In this document: piece by piece, positions 54,038 through 64,000 of the stretch
Layout: every line of letters begins with the position of its first letter
Numbering within the stretch: position 1 is the first letter of the stretch
Assembly: GCA_976551045.1 (NCBI GenBank)
Contig: CDPCPM010000010.1
Span: 37,324,001 to 37,388,000, forward strand
Direction: 5' to 3'
Origin: Glaucostegus cemiculus
Taxonomy: Eukaryota
DNA length: 64,000 bases
Made by a program: the position numbers and the translations under genes
Notes under the pieces: generated by a model
The model's input: only the letters and a program-made list of their open reading frames with translations
What the model was told of the DNA's origin: nothing
The model's database searches: none

Positions 54038-56485
54038 CTCGTTATTTACAATGGAGTTATAGATGTCAGAATTCAGCATTCCGGCATTCTCCTTCCCAAT
54101 GGGTTTCTTCTGGGCATAGGAGATATTTACAGATGGCCCACAGGATCGAGGATTAGTGAGGTCTCTCTTCATGGACTGCAAAGTTGAACACGAATCGTAA
54201 CGGAAACTCTGAGAAAGTGGATCACCTCCGAATACCTCAACATAGTTCGGTGGTATCTGAAGGCTTCTGCTGGCCTTTTGAATTCCATTTAGAGAATTTC
54301 TCGTTTCGTAACAACAACAGACATTCAGAGAACTGTATGGGCATCCCACACCATTTCTGTCTTTATGAACTTTAATAGCCAGGAAAATTAAAATCACGAG
54401 GAATATGATGGATGTCGCCCCTAATGTGATGACTAAGTAAAGATTCAGACCGGGTGTAAAGTCACGATCTTCAGATAAACTGGTGGCACTGGAAATCGTT
54501 TCACCTCCTGTCACTGATAATACTATGGTTACCGTGGCTGAAAGTGAGGGCGTTCCGTTGTCCTTTACAACAATCACCAGCCTTTGATTTGAAGCATCCA
54601 TGCTCCCAATACCACGGATAGTCCAAACTTCTCCCGTTTCTGCTGAAATAGTGAACAGATCGCGATGGGTAGCCTGAAAAATGTGGTAAGACAGACGGGC
54701 ATTCTGACCAGCGTCGGCGTCAGTAGCTGATATCTTGACAACGAGGTATCCCGGTTCAGCAAACCTGGATATTGTCTCCATTGCTATTGAGCCGTATTGG
54801 GGTAAAGGATGCACGATCACTGGAGCGTTATCGTTCTGATCAAGGATAACGATATCTATTGTAACGTTACTGGTGAGGGGCGGGTCTCCAGAATCCTGCA
54901 CCTGAACTTGGATCTGGAAGTTTTTCCATCGTTCATAGTCAAATGATCTCTGAGCATATATGACACCAGTCTGTGAGTTGATGGAGAAATATGGGGCTAC
55001 GGATGAATTCAACATAGTAAAGTACAGTCGGGCATTCTGTCCTGTGTCTGGATCGAAGGCTGTCAGAGAGAATATGGAATCCCCAATGACGTTGTTTTCC
55101 ATAACTCTTGCCGTGTATACAGACTGCTTAAACCTTGGTGCGTTATCATTTACATCTGAAACCTCCACACGGATATTTTTCTTGGATGTTAGGGGAGGGT
55201 TCCCTGCATCTGTGCAAGTTACAGTAATGTCATACCTGGAGGTAGTTTCACGATCCAGCGTATCTTGTATAAGCAGTTTCCAATTATTCTTTACAGATGA
55301 ATCTAACTTAAATGGTAGTTTGTTCGGAATTTGACATTTTACGTGCCCATTTTGCCCAGAATCCTTATCTTCTGCACTGAGAAGGGCGACAATAGTTCCA
55401 TTTGGAGCATTTTCTGCTACGGCGTTTGACAAGGATGTCAACGATAGATCAGGAGCGTTGTCATTCACATCGATAACATCCACCAACACATCACAGTGCT
55501 GAGGCACTGCGTAAGGGCCATTGTCTACTGCTTGGATATTCATCACAAAAGTTTTGGTTAGTTCGTAGTCTAAGTGCCCTTTAAGTCTGATTTCACCAGT
55601 TCTGGAATTCACACCAACTAATTCACGTATTTCAGCTGAATTATGTCTGCTAAGCGCATACGTTATGTCTCCGTTTAGACCATCGTCCAAATCAGTGGCG
55701 TTTAATGTAATAATCAGAGTTCCTATAGGAGATGATTCCAACAGATTAACCTTATAGATCGACTGCGAGAAAACAGGAGCGTTGTCGTTCGCATCCTTCA
55801 CCGTGATTATTACCTGGACCTTGCCCGATCTCACAGGGACTCCGCCGTCTTCGGCAAGCAGCGTTAACTCGTGGGTTGATATCATTTCTCTGTCCAAGGC
55901 TCTCTGCAGAACCAACAGCGGTAACTTTCCTATCCTATCGCGTTCTTGTACATCAAGAATGAAATATTCATTCGGAAGGAGCTGGTATGAATGTAAACTG
56001 TTTGTTCCAATATCCGGATCGTGTGCGGCTTCGAGTGGGAATCGCTCTCCCGGTGCCATAATCTCGGAGATTTCCAGGCGGATTTGGTTTTGGGGAAAAC
56101 TGGGAGCGTTGTCATTTACATCGAGAATCTCCACTTCCACCTGGTGCAGACTGAGGGGATTTTCAAGCACAACGTTGAAGGATAAAACGCACTCAGTGCT
56201 CGTCCCGCAAAGTTGTTCCCTGTCGATTTTTTCTTTCACAAATAAAATCCCATTCTCCAAATTTACGTCAACATAGCGCTTCCTCGGACTGGGCGCCACC
56301 CGCAAACTGCGAGCCGAGAGCTGCTTTAAATCTAACCCCAAATCAATGGCGATATTCCCAACAAAGGCGCCCAGTTGCAATTCCTCAGGAACGGAATAAC
56401 GAATCTGGCCATAAACGAGACTCCAGCGGGAGAACAAACAGCAAATCAGTTGGCATTTCACCAACCAGTATATGTTGTCTCTCAT
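54038..56485 (-). CDS. Clustered protocadherin variable exon V12
   Basis: 6 EC plus TM; donor GAG|GTGAGC at 54038|54037. Confidence 0.95.
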
Positions 56486-56695
56486 TTCCAGGAGAAATCA
56501 TTCCAATGGTTTCAACCCGAGACAAAGCCGTTTAACAGCGATTTGATTTAAATGGGACAAATGCGGTGCAGAAAATGTCTGTACCTTTTTGGAAATTGCT
56601 CTGTTGTTTCAGTCTGACTTCGCATTTTGTCTCCAGTTCTAAAGAAATCGTGCACTCATCGTCCGGAGCTGCTGGCTGCCCAGTTTTCACAGCGT

Positions 56696-56874
56696 CTTAT
56701 CTTACGTTATGGCGGCTGGATACTGAAGGGGGCTGTGCAGATCACCAGTCACATCTCAGCTTCTGATTGGTGGACAATGTAACAGTCATATCTGACCAAT
56801 TAGAAATCAGCTCATTTCTTAAAGCAATAACTGCTTCATTTGTCACTGACTTGTTCTATTTATTATTGCACAAT
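56696..56874 (-). promoter_or_regulatory. Conserved promoter module of V12
   Basis: ATTGG 56766, CCAAT 56796, TTCTTAAAGC 56816. Confidence 0.8.
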
Positions 56875-59306
56875 TGAAATTTCTTTGAGCATTTTAGCTG
56901 ATTCAGATTTTTGCGGAAATTTGTTTCCAGAACCATAATTTCAGGAACTACGTTGCAGTGAATATCTTAAAGATCAAATACGAACTAAAAGCCTCCAGGA
57001 ACGTGATAAAAATGAACAACCTAACTTGTCTTACTGAGAAACTAATTAGATGCATGCTCCATGTACATTTGTTCCTTTGTGGTTTAACAATTGTGCTCAC
57101 CGTTAATTAATACTCGAGGAACACTGTCGTCCCCTCCTTTGAATAGAACCAAATCAAAGAATACACTACTGCTGTTCCAAAAGGAATATCCTCTTTGTGC
57201 GTCATTTTCAAACTAATAAGTCAATACTAATTTCATTTCTAAAACATTGTTATTTATATTCCCTGGTATCCACAATAAATAGAGCAGTGACTTCGATTTT
57301 ATCCATAGCTGATCACAATTAAGGGCAAGCATGGGAATGCTCTCCATAGTCGTTTTCTAAAGTAAAACCTAATGTATAAAAGCCTTTGTATAAAATGTAA
57401 ACCGGAGTAACATCATGCTTACCACTAAATCCTTTCCCTGACCTGAGATAAGACGAGGTCTATGGTCTTTTCTAATTTCCATATGCCCAGAACTGTTTGG
57501 AGAATGAACTTGTGGAATGCTACTCCACTGGCATGAACAATAATATTCACCCAGGTACTGTAACATTCTCTGGTTTCATTACTGCTATATGTTTAACTTT
57601 GACTATGAATCATATATCATCATTCCTTCACTGACCATGGAACTAAATCGTCGAGCTTCTTTTGCAATCACTTTACGGGAGATAATGGCCTTGCCTCTGA
57701 CACCCATATCTAAGACACAAATGAGCATAAGTTTTATAGATGACGTCAGCTGATCCCAAAAGTATCTCCACACTAATTCCTGGGGACTCTGTGTTGACCC
57801 TTCCATCTCCGACACTTCCCAAAATATCTGCAAAGTATTATGTGTGGGAAGGTTTGCTGTTGACCACATGATGTTCATTTATATTCAAGATTCCTTAGAT
57901 AAGGAGGCAGTCCGTACTAACTCGAAACAAGCTCTACAGAGTGTTGATACTTTGAGTTTTAACTGAGGTTACATTTATATATAACAGTTGCTCAGTATTG
58001 GCCATCGCCAGTCACAGGTATGACAACCACGTCTCCGGGAATTAACTCACTTTGCCATCCACATCCTATTAATATGGGTGTCACCATTTAACAGAAACTA
58101 TTGAACGAGCAACGTAAGTGCTTTGGTTACGACAGGTCACCAGAATTTGGAATTCCGGGGGTTCCTCTTTTCCTCTACCATTTGAAGCCACAGATCAGAA
58201 ATTTAGTCGAATATTTTCCAAATACCTGAATATGTAATTGGAGCAACACACATAATACCCGACTCCATGCAGGTAAAAGCTTTCAGCCTGACTAGCTGTA
58301 CATAAAATGCCTTACACTTGTTCATTCATGCGACTGCAGAGTACACTGAAATTTCCCAGTGATATTTCTCCAAAGTCTCTCCCAGATCCGCAAGTACATA
58401 ACGAAATAACAGCTGGACAATACCCATGACCAGGTAAGATATGCTTCACTACACAAATTATCAGAAACATCTGAATTAGTTACATGCTTACTTTGGCTGT
58501 GCCAGGGCACCACACGATTTTTTTTGTTGTGGACTCTGAGAACTTTTCATACACTTTCCAACACTAAGGAGCTAATCAGGACCTTTTTGGAATATTCTCC
58601 ATGGGACTGGACAGGTAACTCCAACAACAATTAGACAGTTCCATAGTGTCCAGAACGAAGCTCTGCACACACTACTTTAGATACTTCAGACAAAAAAACA
58701 AGAACATATAAAGTATAGAAATATTCATCATGCTAAGCAGCACTGATGGAGAGAACTCCAAATATAACTCTCCAGACTGATCACCTTACATCACCTTCTG
58801 ATTTCAGGTCATCGGCCAGAAACCTGGACTCTTGGTTCTCGCTCCACAGATGTTGCTGTATTTTCAGCATGTAGTGATTTCTTGTTAGTTCCGCTTTCCA
58901 GCATCTACATGCTTTTCTCCTTTTGGGTTTTAAGTACAAAGTGATCTAATACATCTGGAATGATATGCTGCTTTCAAATGAAGTACTTGCAACAAGAATG
59001 TGAACTAGCACACTCGAGGTCAATAGCCCAGTTTTTACAGTCACTGAATGCTTCGTAAACTTTAGTTGGGAAAGAAATTGTACAGAATCATAGGGGCATC
59101 CAGAACCTGCTGTAGGAACGCATTGGAGTTACATATTTTTATACAAAGACCTGAACAGTTAGAATAAAAAGAATACATGACAATGAAAACTGTGGATCAA
59201 AATCAGTGTCCACAAATACATTTTGGCCTAGATATTAAATTCAACTCAGAAAACTCAATGGATCGAGTTTCCAAAAGAATTTCTTTTCTTTTGCGAAGTA
59301 GCTCAC

Positions 59307-61754
59307 CTCATTATTTGCATTGGAGATGTACATGTCAGAATTCTGCATTCCCGCATTCCCTTTCCCAATCGGTATCTTCTGGGCATAGGAAATACCTGTA
59401 GATGGTCCGCATGTTTGAGGCGTCGTGAAGTCTCTCTTCACGGATGGCAATTTTGAACACGACTCGTAACGGAAACTCTGAGAAAGTGGATCACCTCCGA
59501 ATACCTCAACATAGTTCGGTGGTATCTGAAGGCTTCTGCTGGCCTTTTGAATTCCATTTAGAGAATTCCTCGTTTCGTAACAGCAGCAGACATTCAGAGA
59601 ACTGTATTGGCATTCCACGCCATTTCTGTTCCTGTGAACTTTAATAGCCAGGAAGATTAAAATCACGAGGAATATGATGGATGTCGTCGCTAATGCAATG
59701 ACGAGGTAAAGATTCAGATCAGGTCTTAAGTCACGATCTTCAGATAAACTGGTGGCACTGGAAATCGTTTCACCTCCTGTCACTGATAATATTATGGTTA
59801 CTGTGGCTGAAAGTGAGGGCGCTCCGTTGTCCTTAACAACAATCACCAGCCTTTGATTTGAAGCATCCTTGCTCCCAATACCACGGATAGTCCAAACTTC
59901 CCCCGTGTCTGCTGAAATGGTGAACAGATCGCGATGGGTAGCCTGAAAAATGTGGTAAGACAGACGGGCATTCTGACCAGCGTCGGCGTCAGTAGCCGAT
60001 ACCTTGACAACGAGATATCCCGGTTCAGCAAACCTGGATATTGTCTCCATTGCTGTTGAGCCGTATTGGGGTGAAGGATGCACGATCACTGGGGCATTAT
60101 CGTTCTGATCAAGAATAATAACATCTATTGTAACGTTACTGGTGAGGGGCGGGTCTCCAGAATCCTGCACCCGAACTTGGATCTGGAAGTTTTTCAATTG
60201 TTCGTAGTCAAACGATCTCTGTGCAAATATGACACCAGTCTGTGAGTTGATGGAGACGTATGGGGCTACAGATGAATTCAGCATAGTAAAATTCAGCCGG
60301 GCATTCTGTCCTGTGTCTGGATCGAAGGCTGTCAGGGAGAATATGGAATCCCCGATAACGTTGTTTTCCATCACCTTTGCCGTGTATACGGGCTGCGTAA
60401 ATCTTGGTGCGTTATCATTTACATCTGAAACTTCCACACGGATCGTTTTCTTGGATGTGAGCGGAGGGTGCCCTGCATCTGTACAGGTTACAGTGATGTC
60501 ATATCTGGAGGTAGTTTCACGATCCAGCGTTTGTTGTAGAAGTAGTTTCCAATTGTTCTTTAGAGATGAAACCAACTTAAATGGCAGTGTATTCGGAATT
60601 TGACATTGTACTTGCCCATTTTGCCCGGAATCCTTATCTTCTGCACTGAGCAGGGCGACGATAGTTCCAATTGGAGCATTTTCTTTCACGGCATTTGACA
60701 AGGATGTCAACGATAGATCAGGAGCGTGGTCATTCACATCTATAACATCGACTAACACATCACAGTGCTGAGACATTGCGGGATGCCCATTATCGACTGC
60801 TTGTATATTTATCATAAATGTTTTGATTTGTTCATAGTCTAAATGCCCCTTCAGTCTTATTTCACCAGTTCTGGAATTCACGGCAACTAATTCACGAACC
60901 TCAACTGAATTTTGTCTGCTGAGGGCGTACGTTATCTCTCCATTCCGGCCGTCGTCCAAATCAGTGGCGTTTAATTTAAATATCAGAGTTCCTATGGGAG
61001 ATGATTCCAACAGATAATTCTTATAAACGGACTGAGAGAAAACAGGAGCGTTGTCGTTCGCATCCTTCACCGTGATTGTTACCTGCACCTTGCCCGATCT
61101 CACAGGGACTCCGCCGTCTTCGGCAAGCAGCGTTAACGGATGAGTCGATATCGTTTCTCTATCCAAGGCCCTCTGTAGCACCAGCACCGGGAACATCCCT
61201 ATCCTATCGCGTACTTGTACATCAAGAATGAAATGTTCATTAGGAAGCAGCTGGTATGTCTGTATAGAGTTTGTTCCAATGTCCGGATCGTGTGCGGCCT
61301 CGAGGGGGAATCGCGCTCCCGGTGCCATAATCTCGGCGATTTCAAGGCGGATCTGGCTTTGGGGAAAACTGGGAGCGTTGTCATTTACATCGAGAATCTC
61401 CACTTCCACCTGGTGCAGACTGAGGGGATTTTCAAGCACAACGTTGAAGGATATAACGCAGTCGGTGCTCGGCCCACAAAGTTGTTCCCTGTCGATTTTT
61501 TCATTCACAAATAAAATCCCATTCTCTAAATTTACGTCAACATAGCGCTTCCTCGGACTGGGCGCCACCCGCAAACTGCGAGCCGACAGCTGCTTTAAAT
61601 CTAACTCCAAATCAATGGAGATATTCCCAACAAAGGCGCCCAGTTGCAATTCCTCGGGAACGGAATAACGAATCTGGCCACAAACAAAATCCCAAGAGGC
61701 GAACAAGTAGCAAAGCAGTTGATATTTCACCAGCTGGTATATGGTATCTCTCAT
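59307..61754 (-). CDS. Clustered protocadherin variable exon V13
   Basis: 6 EC plus TM; donor GAG|GTGAGC at 59307|59306. Confidence 0.95.
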
Positions 61755-61967
61755 TTCCAGGAGAAATCATTCCAATGGTTTCAACCCGAGACAAAGCCTT
61801 TTAACAGCGATTTGATTTTAATAGTAGAAATGCGATGCAGAAAATATCTGTACCTCTGTTGCGAATTGTTCGAATGCATTCATTTAAATGTTCTCATGTT
61901 GTCTCCAATTCGAAAGAAATCGTGCAGAAATCCTCCGGAGCTGCTTGCTGCCCAGTTTTCACTGCGT

Positions 61968-62134
61968 CTGATCTTCCGCGATGGCGGCTGGGTACTGAAG
62001 GGGGCTGTGCAGATCACTAGTCACATCTCAGCTTCTGATTCGTGAACAATGACTGACCAATTAGGATGCAGCTCATTTCTTAAAGCAAGAATTGCTTGAC
62101 TTCGGACAAGTTGTTTTATTTATTACTGCACACA
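61968..62134 (-). promoter_or_regulatory. Conserved promoter module of V13
   Basis: First box altered to ATTCG 62038, CCAAT 62057, TTCTTAAAGC 62077. Confidence 0.8.
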
Positions 62135-64000
62135 TGAAATTTCATTCAGCGTTTTCGATTATTTAGATTTTTGTGGAAATTTAGCTCTGGAACCATAGTT
62201 TCAGGAACTACAATGCAGTAAATATCTTCGCGATGAAGTGTAACCAAAAGTCTTCAGGAACATGATTAAACTGAACAACCAACTCGTCTTGCTGAGTAAC
62301 AAATTGCATGCATGATCCATGTGCATTTATTTTAACGTTGTTTTACAATGGTGGCCATCTGACAATTAATTTTCAGGGAATACTGTCTCCCCCCCCCCCA
62401 GAATAGAACCAAATCAAATAAAATACAGATACAATGCCAAGAGGAATATCCTCTTTCTGCTTCATTTCAAACCGAGAGCTCAATGGTCACTTCACTTCTA
62501 AAAGAAATATGTTTCTATCCCTGATGTCCACAATAAACCGCCAAGTAACTTTGATTTTATCTATTGCTTTTCATAATTTAAGGGCTAGCACGGTAATACT
62601 CTCCATTGTTTTTTTTCTGAAGCAAAATCTGATGTGATTGCCTTTGTTTAAAATCTAAAGCAGATTGCCATCATGTCTACCACTGAATCTCTTTCCAGTC
62701 CTGATATTTGACCAGCTCATGAATGATCGCAGCATTAATTTACAGAATACGCATCTACTGTTTCGAAAATCAATACTCTCTCATGCTCTTTAAATTTTTC
62801 TGGTGTTATTACTGCTCTCTGTTTAACTTTGACGAGGAATCATACAAGATCTCTTAGAACTTCTGTTGCAATAACTTTATGAGAGATCCATCAGCACAAG
62901 GACCACACTAGTTCATGAAGATGTTTTTCCACCACGTTTTTAAGGGCAGCGTGGGATGGGTAAAACACTGACCCAGCCAAGATAAAATAAGCATTACTTT
63001 GGTCATTGGAAACTGCTAATATCCAAAGCAAAGCCTCTCTGCAGGAATTTCTTGGGATTCTGCATGGACTCCTTCATCTCTGACACTTCCTCAAATATCA
63101 GCACGATATTATGTGTGGGAAAGTTTCCTGCTGACCACACGATGTTGATATACCCACTTGGAACAAGCTTTACACAATGTTAATGCTTTGAATCTTAACT
63201 GAGGGAACATTCATATATATCTTAATTGCTCGGCATTGGCCACCCCCAGCAACAGGTATTACCTGTAACAGGTAACAGATAACCTTTTCTCCTCGAATTC
63301 AGTCACAACAGCAGCAGTGAATCAACCTCATATTAACGTGGGGTTTCACCATTTATTAAAAAAAATATACTGAATTCACAACATAAGTACGGTGGTTATG
63401 ACAAGACACCAGAAGTTGACTTTCAAGGGGTTCATCTGGTCTTCTGCCACTTAGAATTCCCAAATCGGTATTTTGTTTGTGTATTTTCCAAATACCTGGA
63501 CGCGTTACTTTACCAACACCAAGAATTCTTAACGCCATTCAGATCAAAGCCTTCAGCTTGATTAGCAGAACAATGATTATATAAGGATGATAACATCATG
63601 TCCTCTTCAGTTAAATCTCACTATTTATCAGAAGCATTTGAACGAGCTACATACATACTTTGACTGCGGAAGGAGACCACATCTTTGGTTTCTATGGGGT
63701 TTGGAAATTCTCCGTGTCATCTCCATCGCTACGAAGGAGGTAATCAGAAGATTGTTAGAATATTTTCCACTTGCTTTTATAGTTAAACCCACCAACACAC
63801 AGGAAGTTGCATGGTGTCCGGAACAAAACTTCCAGACTGATTCACAAAATACTTCAGATATTCATGCAGTCTGCCAGAGAATGCGCTACCATAAATCACT
63901 GATACCACTTCAGAAACGTTTCCAAGGTTTCACACTCTCCTACCAAGAAGTACAAGAGCAACAGCGCGGTGCCAGCACCACAGATTCGTGTCACATACGC

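Larger units (their letters stand above)
31985..63850. repeat. Six-copy tandem segmental duplication (V8-V13 units, period 5068-5795 bp)
   Basis: ATG spacing 5322, 5068, 5326, 5795, 5269. Non-coding spacers are alignable, e.g. CATCATG(T/C)CAAGCA..CAC near 31996, 37241, 42555, 47641, 52935, 58726 and CCAGAATTTGGACTTCA near 36668, 41944, 47039, 52321. Confidence 0.9.

Noticed and set aside
5550-59306. Read-through tails after the donors (10-40 aa, e.g. V12 KKRKRF)
   Set aside because: Length and sequence are not conserved; they are intronic sequence following GTGAG.
2407-61545. Recurring plus-strand and alternate-frame ORFs (60-185 aa) inside the exons
   Set aside because: Shadow ORFs of paralogous cadherin coding sequence; many start at non-ATG codons and their ends are inconsistent.
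1-64000. CRISPR arrays, tRNA, rRNA or prokaryotic systems
   Set aside because: None seen; the window is vertebrate genomic DNA.

Overview
This window is part of a vertebrate clustered protocadherin (Pcdh) locus, most likely from a cartilaginous fish (inferred from the CR1-type and Penelope-type repeat relics; not proven). It holds 13 tandem minus-strand variable exons, numbered here V1-V13 from left to right. Each encodes a signal peptide, six cadherin repeats (EC1-EC6), a TM helix and a variable cytoplasmic domain, and ends at a phase-0 AG|GTGAG splice donor. No constant exons are visible; they would lie to the left of the window. V1-V7 are old, diverged paralogues with unrelated spacers. 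V8-V13 are a recent ~5.1-5.8 kb tandem expansion with mosaic, gene-conversion-like sequence. Main observations: (1) all 13 exons have an out-of-frame upstream ATG exactly 16 nt before the main ATG; (2) all 13 share a promoter module with an inverted CCAAT pair spaced ~20 or ~30 bp and a TTCTTAAAGC box fixed 20 bp from the second CCAAT, with no clear canonical CGCT/CTCF element; (3) all 13 tails carry an invariant PPxY (PPNY) motif; (4) V1 has stops before its canonical donor but an alternative in-phase donor; (5) there are hammerhead-ribozyme relics and an inverted templated insertion flanking V12.
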